From sequence record SRR22947727_155: 43,028 nt of DNA; one strand, 5' to 3'. Each line of letters opens with the position of its first letter. Within the stretch, counting starts at the first letter, position 1. The notes under the pieces are model-generated. The model searched no databases, had not been told where the DNA came from, and saw only the letters and a program-made list of their open reading frames with translations. Both the position numbers and the translations under genes were made by a program. Below are positions 29,215 through 38,204 of the stretch, piece by piece.

Positions 29215-29652
29215 TTATATTTTTAAAGTAGTTACTATAGTATTTGCTTTTCCTCTAGCCTTTAAGATGTTATCTTTCACTGAAAATATTTTTATAATTA
29301 ATTCGACAGATGATGTTGACTCTGAAATATGAGTAACTTCAGAGACAATTTTAGCTTCTTCATTAACATATAGTGGTTTTAAAAATGACAAATTTAAATT
29401 GGTACATAGCGAATGACCACCAGGTAGTTTCATTCCAAGCATTTTTGAAGTTTTTGCAAAAAGTAACCCACCATATACAATTATATCTTTGTAGCCTCGT
29501 GAAATTGCAAAAGAACTATCAACGTGTAAAGGGCTTGAGTCTCCAGAAATTTTTTCAAAATCTAACATCATCTGTTTGGTAATTTTAAAATAGAAATTGT
29601 CAGTGGAGCCAATCTTAATATCCTTGATTGATAAAATTTTTGGAATATCCAT
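29215..29652 (-). CDS. MaoC/PhaJ-like hotdog-fold (de)hydratase
   Basis: FEKISGDSSPLHVD (D-x4-H hydratase dyad), IVYGGL, GMKLPG, FLKPLY. Confidence 0.92.
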   Translation of the reverse strand: MDIPKILSIKDIKIGSTDNFYFKITKQMMLDFEKISGDSSPLHVDSSFAISRGYKDIIVYGGLLFAKTSKMLGMKLPGGHSLCTNLNLSFLKPLYVNEEAKIVSEVTHISESTSSVELIIKIFSVKDNILKARGKANTIVTTLKI

Positions 29653-29692
29653 AATTAAATTTTTGTACTCTAAGCTTTCAAAATAAAATAAA

Positions 29693-29938
29693 TTAGTTTT
29701 TAATTTTCTTAAGAATTAGATTATGAAATTCTTTTACATTATTTAACGAATTAATCTCATTTGCAGAAAATTTGATTCCAAAATCTTTTTCATGGGACGC
29801 AACAAGGCGAATATGAGAAAGACTATCCCATTGTTCTATATCATCAGCTGTTGTCTCTGGGCTGATGGTAATATCATTATCATCAAAAACATCTCTAAAA
29901 ATCAAATTAGATTTTTTTAAAATATCTTTTAAATCCAT
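29693..29938 (-). CDS. Acyl carrier protein
   Basis: 81 aa, acidic, WDSLSHI phosphopantetheine site, EKDFGIKF. Confidence 0.95.
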   Translation of the reverse strand: MDLKDILKKSNLIFRDVFDDNDITISPETTADDIEQWDSLSHIRLVASHEKDFGIKFSANEINSLNNVKEFHNLILKKIKN

Positions 29939-30032
29939 TAAAGTAATGCCTCGCTATAAATAAATTTTAAGTTTCTGTTTCTTAAACATATCAAACTTAT
30001 ATAAAAAAAAAAAAATTACCACTTAAATCATA

Positions 30033-31802
30033 TTAAGATTTAGCACTTTCTTTTACTAATTGATTAAAAGTTTTAAGATTTAGTTCTCCATTTTTTAATA
30101 AATAAATATTATCACAGTTTTTTACTGTACTCAATCTATGGGCAATTAAGATGATTGTCATATTTTGACTTAGATTATTAACTGCATCCATTACGGCTTG
30201 TTCAGTTTGATTATCTAGTGCGCTAGTTGCTTCATCTAATATCAAAACCTTTGGATTATGATATAAGGCCCTCGCAATTCCTATACGTTGTTTTTGACCT
30301 CCAGATAATCGTACGCCTCTCTCACCTATAATGGTTTGATATTTTTGTTCCAATTCATTTTCAACAAAATTATGTAAATTTGCAATCTCGGCTGCTCTTT
30401 TAACTGCTTTAAAGTCAATATTATCTTTATCAATTCCAAATGCAATGTTTGAAGCGATAGTTTCATCTATTAAATAAATATTTTGGGGTACATACCCAAT
30501 TATATTTTTCCAGCTTTGTAAATTTTTCTCAGTTATCACTATTCCATCCACTTTTAAAGTACCTTTATTGAATTTTAGTAAACCCAGAATAATATCCACA
30601 ATAGTGGTTTTACCACTACCAGTTGATCCAACCAATCCAACGATGTCATTGGCATTTATAGTTAAATTAATATTTTTTAATATTAATCTTTGAGAATTAG
30701 GATAGCTAAATTGAATATTATTTAAAGAAATTTGTTTATTAAATAATATAGTATCTTCATTAATATTAGGTTTAATTTCATTAAGATTTTTTAAATCATT
30801 TACTAAAGCACTTAGAGAAGGATTTATAAAAGTAATTTGAGTTAAAGAATTATAAATTTGTTGTAAAGATGGTATTAAACGATATCCAGCGAAAATATAA
30901 AAAGCAATCACTGGCAAAGCTTCATTAAAATTACCTTTTTTTAGCATTAAATATAATATCAATAGCATTGCTCCTCCAAAAGCTATTGCCTCTAAAAAAA
31001 AACGTGGCAAATGTTTTATAATTTGAGATAACGCAGTAGTACTTGCATAAATTTTTGAAGGAACGGCAAAACTATTTATATAAATTTTTTCCATACCTCT
31101 AATTTTAATCTCTTTAATTGCACCGAAAGCTTCACTAAGAGTTAAAAATCTTGACTTGTTATTTTCTAATCTTAATTTTCCTATTTTTTTAAGAAAGCTA
31201 CGTAAAATATAAAAAATTATTGAATATGCTCCACCCAGTATAAATCCTACAATGATTGCAAGTTTAATATCAACCACAAGTAATAACACAATGATCGCAA
31301 TTGCGACTGTTCCTTTAGCTAGTAATTCAATCAAAGGATTTAACCCATTTCCAATTATAGCTTGAATTTCGGACAACACATTTTTTCCTAAATCTGCACT
31401 ATGGCGATTTAAAAACCAGGCATATGGCTGTCTAAGATAACTTTCTAATAATCGTTTACCTATAGTATATTCGCGCATCTGCACAAACCTATGTTGAGCG
31501 TATGTTGTGATTGCTTTAAAAGAAAGCGATATAATCAACATAACAAACACCATAATGCCCAAGAAAAACAGAAATTCCTGTTCATCTTCAACTCCAAATT
31601 TGATTGAAAAGTTAAATATAGAATTCAAAATTGAATTAGACTCGATTAAAGTTGGATTGGTTAAAACTGCGATAAATGGTAATATCGAAACAACGCCTAT
31701 AATTTCCAGTAAAGCCATAATCAGAATCATTACTGCTAATAAAATTACTCGTTTAATTTCTTGAAAAGTAAATAAAAATAAAAAATTTTTAATAATTTGC
31801 AT
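30033..31802 (-). CDS. ABC transporter permease/ATP-binding fusion (MsbA/PglK-like glycolipid flippase)
   Basis: N-terminal TMD; Walker A GSTGSGKT; YVPQ; LSGGQKQR; Walker B ILDEATSALD; IAHRLST. Confidence 0.93.
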   Translation of the reverse strand: MQIIKNFLFLFTFQEIKRVILLAVMILIMALLEIIGVVSILPFIAVLTNPTLIESNSILNSIFNFSIKFGVEDEQEFLFFLGIMVFVMLIISLSFKAITTYAQHRFVQMREYTIGKRLLESYLRQPYAWFLNRHSADLGKNVLSEIQAIIGNGLNPLIELLAKGTVAIAIIVLLLVVDIKLAIIVGFILGGAYSIIFYILRSFLKKIGKLRLENNKSRFLTLSEAFGAIKEIKIRGMEKIYINSFAVPSKIYASTTALSQIIKHLPRFFLEAIAFGGAMLLILYLMLKKGNFNEALPVIAFYIFAGYRLIPSLQQIYNSLTQITFINPSLSALVNDLKNLNEIKPNINEDTILFNKQISLNNIQFSYPNSQRLILKNINLTINANDIVGLVGSTGSGKTTIVDIILGLLKFNKGTLKVDGIVITEKNLQSWKNIIGYVPQNIYLIDETIASNIAFGIDKDNIDFKAVKRAAEIANLHNFVENELEQKYQTIIGERGVRLSGGQKQRIGIARALYHNPKVLILDEATSALDNQTEQAVMDAVNNLSQNMTIILIAHRLSTVKNCDNIYLLKNGELNLKTFNQLVKESAKS

Positions 31803-31918
31803 ATTTGAATATTGCTTTTAATTTTACTAATTTATTTCCTAAAATAAAATGAACATTGTCAAAGTATAAAATACTGTTTATCATCAAAAGATAATTTGTT
31901 AAAACTTAATTAATATTT

Positions 31919-33688
31919 ATGAAATATCATCTTATTACTTCTAATGCAAAAATTAGTAATAAAAATAGGATTTTTTTAGGAGACTGGTGTGGAGAGGTAA
32001 AAAATAAAAACAAAAATAACAAATCTAATATTGTAAAAGTTAACTTAGGTAGAGATGAAAACGAGAGGAAAAAAATAGAAAAAAAAATCTTGATATATGA
32101 AAAAAAAATATTTCCTCAACTTTATAAATTATTAAATAATCTCCATAATACTCATAATAGTAAACAATATTATTCATTCATAATTGGTAAGTGGTTAAGA
32201 AGATATCTTGCAGTAATGCTAAACAGATATTTAACTCTTAGTGAATATTTAAGATGTAATAAAAATAAAATTCAAGACATTTGGTTTGAAACATATAATG
32301 TGCTTTCGCCACCTTTAGATAGTTTTTCAGCTATAGAGTTTTTTGATGACCCAAAAATAAATGATTGGATATATATTCAGACTTTAAAATCAGTAAATTC
32401 TAATTTTAAAATTAAAATTAAACACATAAGACAAATTAAATCAAAAAGAAAATATAATATTGGTAAAAAGAATGTCTTTAAAATAATTTTAAATAAAGTG
32501 AACACAATTATCCAAAAATATTTTTCATATTCAGATAAAACATTTTTTATTGGGACATTTATGCCACTTTATAAAGAAGCAATATTAAATTTATATTTTT
32601 TTCAATTACCTAAAATATGGAAAAAAAATAAAATAAATTATTCTGAGAAAGCTGATTTGGACTTAAGAATAAAGCTCAAAAACTTATTGGTATCAAATTT
32701 TTTGAAACAAAAGGATAAAAATAAAAACGGAGAGTTTAAATTTTTAATTGAAAATTTATTCCACATGATGCCTACCTCCTATATTGAAAATTTTTTGAAT
32801 ATAAAAGACTCTATTTCAAAAAGTTATTGGCCAGAAAAGCCAAATTTAATTTTCACCTCAAATAATTTTGATACAGACGAAGGATTTAAAATTTACCTGG
32901 CTGAACAAAAAGAGAATAATCCGAATTTAAAATACATTATTGGTCAGCATGGTATAGGATACAATATTAGAAACACAAAAACGCATTACCAAGAAAGAGA
33001 AATTGCAGATAAGATTTTTGTATGGGGTAAATACACAGAAAATAAAAATCAAATACCTGGTTTTATATTAAAATCATCAAAGATTGATTATGATAAAAAT
33101 GGAAAAATTTTAATAGTTTGTACACACCTTGGTCACCAGGTTGAATATTGGGATAAAAATTATTTTTTTTCTAAAAATTTCAATAGAAAAATTACCTTTC
33201 TTGCAGCATTCAAGAAAAAATTTTTATACGAAAATATGATAATAAGATTGGGAATAAATTTTGAAAGATATCATTTTAATGAAAAAATAAAAACTAAAAA
33301 AAAATTTCCAAAAATATATATCGATGAAAATAAGAACATAAATAAATCGTATGCTGTTTCAAGACTGGTAGTTCATTTTTATTTTGCAACAACTTTCTTA
33401 GAAACAATTTCAAAAAATATACCTTCAGTAATGCTACTAGATATTGAAGAGTTTAGTTATAATAAAAAAGCAATTTCTATTTTTAAAATTTTAGAAAAGA
33501 ATAGCATTTTATTTTACGATGCAAAAAAAATGCAAGAATTTGTTGAAAAAAATTATAATAATTTAGAAAAGTGGTGGTATTCAAAAAAAACTCAAAAAGC
33601 CCTAAATTTATTTAGAAGTAATTACTGTAGAAATGGTTCATTAAGAAAATTTAGGGATATGATAAAAAAAACTAATTATATTTCTTAG
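31919..33688 (+). CDS. LIC12162-family putative surface carbohydrate transferase
   Basis: FLGDWC near the N-terminus, LNNLHN, IGKWL, MPTSYIE, GQHG, TTFLET, EKWW; motifs recalled from this family. Confidence 0.75.
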   Translation: MKYHLITSNAKISNKNRIFLGDWCGEVKNKNKNNKSNIVKVNLGRDENERKKIEKKILIYEKKIFPQLYKLLNNLHNTHNSKQYYSFIIGKWLRRYLAVMLNRYLTLSEYLRCNKNKIQDIWFETYNVLSPPLDSFSAIEFFDDPKINDWIYIQTLKSVNSNFKIKIKHIRQIKSKRKYNIGKKNVFKIILNKVNTIIQKYFSYSDKTFFIGTFMPLYKEAILNLYFFQLPKIWKKNKINYSEKADLDLRIKLKNLLVSNFLKQKDKNKNGEFKFLIENLFHMMPTSYIENFLNIKDSISKSYWPEKPNLIFTSNNFDTDEGFKIYLAEQKENNPNLKYIIGQHGIGYNIRNTKTHYQEREIADKIFVWGKYTENKNQIPGFILKSSKIDYDKNGKILIVCTHLGHQVEYWDKNYFFSKNFNRKITFLAAFKKKFLYENMIIRLGINFERYHFNEKIKTKKKFPKIYIDENKNINKSYAVSRLVVHFYFATTFLETISKNIPSVMLLDIEEFSYNKKAISIFKILEKNSILFYDAKKMQEFVEKNYNNLEKWWYSKKTQKALNLFRSNYCRNGSLRKFRDMIKKTNYIS

Positions 33689-33755
33689 GATTTATATATA
33701 CAATAATCAATTATTGATATAATTAATCCAATAAAAATTTTTACTTAAGAGCAAA

Positions 33756-34802
33756 ATGTTAAAAAAAATTTCAAAATATAAAAAATATATTGACGGAAAA
33801 ACATTCTTTGTTACTGGAGGGACTGGTTCGTTTGGTAAAAAATTTATCTATACTTTACTTAAAGAGTACAACCCTAAGAAAATCATTATTTTTAGTCGAG
33901 ATGAATTAAAACAATATAATTTACAAAATGATCCTTTTTTCAAAAAGTACGAAAAAAAACTAAGATATTTTATTGGAGATATAAGAGATAGAGAACGTTT
34001 AGATTTTGCTCTATCAAATAACTATGTAGATATTCTTGTGCACTCTGCTGCATTAAAACAAGTGGTTGCTGCTGAATATAATCCATTTGAAACAATAAAA
34101 ACAAATATAATTGGAGCACAAAACATTATTGAGAGCTCGCTAAAATATAAAGTTAAAAAAGTACTAGCTTTAAGTACTGACAAAGCCGCAGCACCTATTA
34201 ATCTATATGGAGCAACAAAGCTAGCATCTGATAAAATATTTGTTTCGAGTAACAATTTTAGCAAAAAAAACTCATTGTTTTCTGTTGTGAGATATGGAAA
34301 TGTTTTTGGAAGTAGAGGTTCAGTAATATTCAATTTTTTAAAAAATAAGAATTTAATTCCGATAACTGATAAAAGAATGACAAGATTTTCTATCACACTT
34401 CAACAAGGTGTTAACTTTGTTATCAAATCTTTATCTGAAATGTGGGGTGGTGAAATATTTATTCCAAAGATTCCATCTTATAATATCTTGGATTTAGCAA
34501 AAGCAGTAAATCCAAAAGCAAAACTAATATTCTCAGGTATTCGTTCAGGAGAAAAAATTCATGAAGAAATGTTGACAAAATCAGATTCATATAACTCAAT
34601 TGAAAATGATGATCACTATGTGATTTTACCATCTTTTGATTATTTGAGTTGGGATAAGAAGAGTTATATAAAAAAGAAGAAACTGAACTACAGAGAATGT
34701 AAACTACACAGTTATAGTAGTGATAATAATAAGGATTTTATGAAAATTAATGATCTAAAAAAATTGGTAAAAAAAATTAAAATAGATGAAAAACTTGGGT
34801 GA
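33756..34802 (+). CDS. pseB: UDP-N-acetylglucosamine 4,6-dehydratase (inverting)
   Basis: TGGTGSFG, FSRDELKQ, HSAALKQV, AEYNPFE, LSTDKA, NLYGATK, VRYGNVFGSRGSV, GEKIHE. Confidence 0.95.
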   Translation: MLKKISKYKKYIDGKTFFVTGGTGSFGKKFIYTLLKEYNPKKIIIFSRDELKQYNLQNDPFFKKYEKKLRYFIGDIRDRERLDFALSNNYVDILVHSAALKQVVAAEYNPFETIKTNIIGAQNIIESSLKYKVKKVLALSTDKAAAPINLYGATKLASDKIFVSSNNFSKKNSLFSVVRYGNVFGSRGSVIFNFLKNKNLIPITDKRMTRFSITLQQGVNFVIKSLSEMWGGEIFIPKIPSYNILDLAKAVNPKAKLIFSGIRSGEKIHEEMLTKSDSYNSIENDDHYVILPSFDYLSWDKKSYIKKKKLNYRECKLHSYSSDNNKDFMKINDLKKLVKKIKIDEKLG

Positions 34803-36051
34803 TCCCTATAAACTTGCCAAAATTTTATTTCCAATTAATAGAAGCTTGACAGGTAAAGGAAACTATAAAACTTTAAAAATATTAAAAAAAATAAATAATT
34901 TAATAAAAATAAAATCATTTAAGGTTGGAGAAAAAGTTTTCGATTGGAAAATACCTCCTGTTTGGAACACATCATATGCATATTTAAAAAAAATTAATGG
35001 AGAAGTGATTTGTGATTTTAAAAAAAATAATCTTCATCTTTTAGGTTATAGTATTTCAATAGACAAAAAATTTAAATTTAAAGAGTTATCTAAAAACTTA
35101 TTTTTTATAAAAAAATATCCACAAGCAATTCCATATGTGACAAGCTATTACAAAAAAAATTGGGGTTTTTGCTTAAGTTATAATCAATATAAAAAAATGG
35201 ATAGAAAATCAAAATATCATGCAGTTATAAAAACAGATTTTAATTACAAAGGTAACATGAATTACGGTGAAGCTTTAATTAAAGGAAAAGACAAAAGAGA
35301 AATTGTTCTCTCTAGTTATATATGTCACCCATCTATGGCCAATAATGAGACCTCTGGAATAGTTGTTCTGAGCTTTTTACTGAAATGGTTAAATTCTTTT
35401 AAAAAATTGAAATATAGCTATAGATTTTTGTTCATACCAGAAACTATTGGTTCTATAGCATATGTAAACAAACATTATAAAAAATTAAAAAAGAATATTT
35501 TAACAGGTATTGTAATAACATGTGTCGGCGACAATGGACCATTTTCTTTATTAAAATCTAAATATAACAATGCACCTGGAGACAAAATTATTGAAAGACA
35601 TTTGAGAAAAAAAAAAATTCATTCAAAGATTTATAATTGGTCAGACCGTGGAAGTGACGAAAGACAATTCTGCTCTCCTAATGTCGATCTTCCGTTTTCA
35701 AGCTTTATGCGATCCAAATATGGCGAATACAAACAGTATCATACTTCAGAAGACAATATGAATTTTATCTCAAAAAAAGGACTTCAAGATAGTATTCTGT
35801 TTCTTCAAAAAATTATTTTAAATTTAGAAAATTCTAATTTTTGGAGATCTAGATTTATGTGTGAGCCAATGTTATCAAAAAGAAAATTATATCCTACGAT
35901 AAGCAAAGCTTCTAACAACAATAATGACTTATTGGATATACTTACATGGTGTGATGGAAAAAATTCAGAGGAAGACATATCTGAAATTACAAAAATAAAA
36001 GGATTGAAATCTAAAATCGCTGTTTTAAAAAAAAACAAACTTATTTACTAA
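34786..36051 (+). CDS. DUF4910 aminopeptidase-like polysaccharide biosynthesis protein
   Basis: FPINRSLTG, FDWKIP, IPYVTSYY, WGFC, CHPSMANNE, PETIGSI, GSDERQF, YHTS, EPMLSKRKLY. Confidence 0.9.
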   Translation: MKNLGDPYKLAKILFPINRSLTGKGNYKTLKILKKINNLIKIKSFKVGEKVFDWKIPPVWNTSYAYLKKINGEVICDFKKNNLHLLGYSISIDKKFKFKELSKNLFFIKKYPQAIPYVTSYYKKNWGFCLSYNQYKKMDRKSKYHAVIKTDFNYKGNMNYGEALIKGKDKREIVLSSYICHPSMANNETSGIVVLSFLLKWLNSFKKLKYSYRFLFIPETIGSIAYVNKHYKKLKKNILTGIVITCVGDNGPFSLLKSKYNNAPGDKIIERHLRKKKIHSKIYNWSDRGSDERQFCSPNVDLPFSSFMRSKYGEYKQYHTSEDNMNFISKKGLQDSILFLQKIILNLENSNFWRSRFMCEPMLSKRKLYPTISKASNNNNDLLDILTWCDGKNSEEDISEITKIKGLKSKIAVLKKNKLIY

Positions 36052-37007
36052 CTAAATCTGTCATAAAAAAAATATTTATGATTAACTAATTTGTAAAACT
36101 CTACAACACTGTTGTGCCTTGATACTTCTTTGAAGGTAAGTTCATAATTGTATTTTTTCATAAATTTTTTAAAATAATGTTCCAAGACTGCAGCTTCATC
36201 TTCATCAATCCTTTTAGACCACTTACCAATATTTATTTTTGAAATTTTTTTCAATTTTAATTGATTAAAATTATTTCCATAAGTTTCTGATCCCATCAAG
36301 GTTGGAACGATTAAGTCATTCGAATAACTAATTTTTAAAAATTTACATATTTTTTTCATTTCTTTTTTTGGTGAAGCTATTAAATCTTCAAAACGGCATA
36401 CGTAGTAGTCTTTTCCAATGATTTTTTTATTAATTTCAATTGCTTCTAAGCCATTTAAGTATCTAAATATGATTGAAAATAATATAGACAGCTTGTCATC
36501 GTTAAATTTACTATAATATTTCTTTAAGCCCGATTTAATGGCAGAGTAATTATCTCTAGGATCTCTAATCAGATGAATAAATTTAGCATTTTTGAACCAT
36601 TTCTTTATTTCAGTTGCATAAATTTCTACACTTGTTTCTTTACATATAATTGATTTGGTTTCTTTAGTTGTAAATTTCTGATTATAGATATTTAACAAAT
36701 TATAAATTAAATTTTTGGTATCATAGTTTTTTTTTATTTTGTCAAAAAAAATCTTTTGATATTTTTCTAAGTTAATTCTTTTTTTTATTATTTCATTTTT
36801 TGCAAATTCTTTGAATAAAATATTTTCTAATCTTTTTTTTTTTTTTGACTTATTTAACTTTCTTTCAACAATTGGAAAATAAGCGTATAGTAAATTTAAA
36901 TCAGTCGGAAACACATTTATTTCTGAATTATTGTCAAATAAATTAAGAAACATTGATGTGCCTGATTTTCTATGACCACATAAAAAAATTGGATTAAAAT
37001 CTTTCAT
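36048..37007 (-). CDS. PAPS-dependent sulfotransferase family protein
   Basis: 5'-PSB loop GHRKSGTS; 3'-PB IRDPRDNYSA; RFEDL; IGKW. Confidence 0.88.
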   Translation of the reverse strand: MKDFNPIFLCGHRKSGTSMFLNLFDNNSEINVFPTDLNLLYAYFPIVERKLNKSKKKKRLENILFKEFAKNEIIKKRINLEKYQKIFFDKIKKNYDTKNLIYNLLNIYNQKFTTKETKSIICKETSVEIYATEIKKWFKNAKFIHLIRDPRDNYSAIKSGLKKYYSKFNDDKLSILFSIIFRYLNGLEAIEINKKIIGKDYYVCRFEDLIASPKKEMKKICKFLKISYSNDLIVPTLMGSETYGNNFNQLKLKKISKINIGKWSKRIDEDEAAVLEHYFKKFMKKYNYELTFKEVSRHNSVVEFYKLVNHKYFFYDRFS

Positions 37008-37029
37008 TTTTTTAAAAATTAATAATTAA

Positions 37030-38202
37030 TCAATACCTTTTTTTAATTTGGCTAAAAATTTTAATATAATTCTTAATTATATTTACAACTTTTTTTTGTT
37101 TTGTTTTATCCAAACTTACATAAATAGGAATACTTATTGAGTCGGAATAGTAATCTTCTGATCCAGTAAGATTTGTTTTTCTATCTTTAAAAATATCAAA
37201 TTTATATATTGGAATATAATGATATTGTGCAAAAATATTATATTTATTCAAATATTTTATAAAATGATCTTTATTTTTGTTAAGTTTATTAAAATTAATT
37301 TTAATTAAAAATAAATGGTATGAAGGTACTATAGATTTTGAATAAGTTGGAATTGTCAAATTTTTATCAAAATTGTTTAGTTCTTTAAAATACTTATTGT
37401 AAATTAATCTTCTTTTTTTTAAGAAAAAATTAATTTTCTTCAATTGAGTTAATCCCAAAGCACAATTTATATCGGATAATCGATAGTTATAACCATGCTC
37501 AAAAACATTATATTTCCAGTATTTTTTTTTATGACGAACTATCCCATGGCTTCTGAATATCTTAATTTTTTCTGCAATTTTTGAATTATTAGTGCTAATA
37601 ATCCCCCCTTCTCCAGTTGTTATTGTTTTTAATGGATGCAAAGAAAATGTACAAATATCTGAATGTTTGCAAGAACCAATTTTATAAAAATTAGTTTTGA
37701 ATTTATATTGTGCACCTAAAGCATGGCACGCATCTTCAATTATTTTGAAATTAAATTTTTTTTTTAGGTCATAGAATTTTTTTGAATTTTCTGGATAACC
37801 TCCATGGTACATAGTTATTAATGCTTTTATTTTTTTTAAATTATTTTTTTTAATACAATCTATCACATTATCAGGTGTCATCTGGCCAGTATCTTTGTCG
37901 ACGTCAACTAAAAAAATTTTTAATTGAAGAATTTTTGCCATATTATAAGAGGATATAAAGTTTATTGCTGGCATTAAAATAATATCACCTTTTTTTAAAT
38001 TCAATGCTAACATAGAAAGATGAATAGCTGCAGTACCACTGTTGCAGACAAATGAAAAGTTCGATTTAAGATATTTTTTTAATTCTTTTTCAAATCTTTC
38101 AACGTAAGGACCTGTTGTTATTAAATTTTTAGATAACGATTTAACTACTAATTTCTTATCAGCTTGATCAATGAATTGTTTGCCATACGGTATGATTTCC
38201 AT
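37030..38202 (-). CDS. pseC: DegT/DnrJ PLP aminotransferase, UDP-4-amino-4,6-dideoxy-AltNAc transaminase-like
   Basis: IPYGKQFID, ITTGP, NSGTAA, EDACHALGA, FSLHPLKTITTGEGG, GYNYRLSDINCALG. Confidence 0.88.
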   Translation of the reverse strand: MEIIPYGKQFIDQADKKLVVKSLSKNLITTGPYVERFEKELKKYLKSNFSFVCNSGTAAIHLSMLALNLKKGDIILMPAINFISSYNMAKILQLKIFLVDVDKDTGQMTPDNVIDCIKKNNLKKIKALITMYHGGYPENSKKFYDLKKKFNFKIIEDACHALGAQYKFKTNFYKIGSCKHSDICTFSLHPLKTITTGEGGIISTNNSKIAEKIKIFRSHGIVRHKKKYWKYNVFEHGYNYRLSDINCALGLTQLKKINFFLKKRRLIYNKYFKELNNFDKNLTIPTYSKSIVPSYHLFLIKINFNKLNKNKDHFIKYLNKYNIFAQYHYIPIYKFDIFKDRKTNLTGSEDYYSDSISIPIYVSLDKTKQKKVVNIIKNYIKIFSQIKKRY

Positions 38203-38204
38203 GT

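Noticed and set aside
27191-29938. FkbH + ACP + dehydratase as a polyketide/tetronate antibiotic cluster
   Set aside because: No ketosynthase, FabH-like enzyme or NRPS is present; the downstream partners are MBOAT/SGNH in a glycan locus
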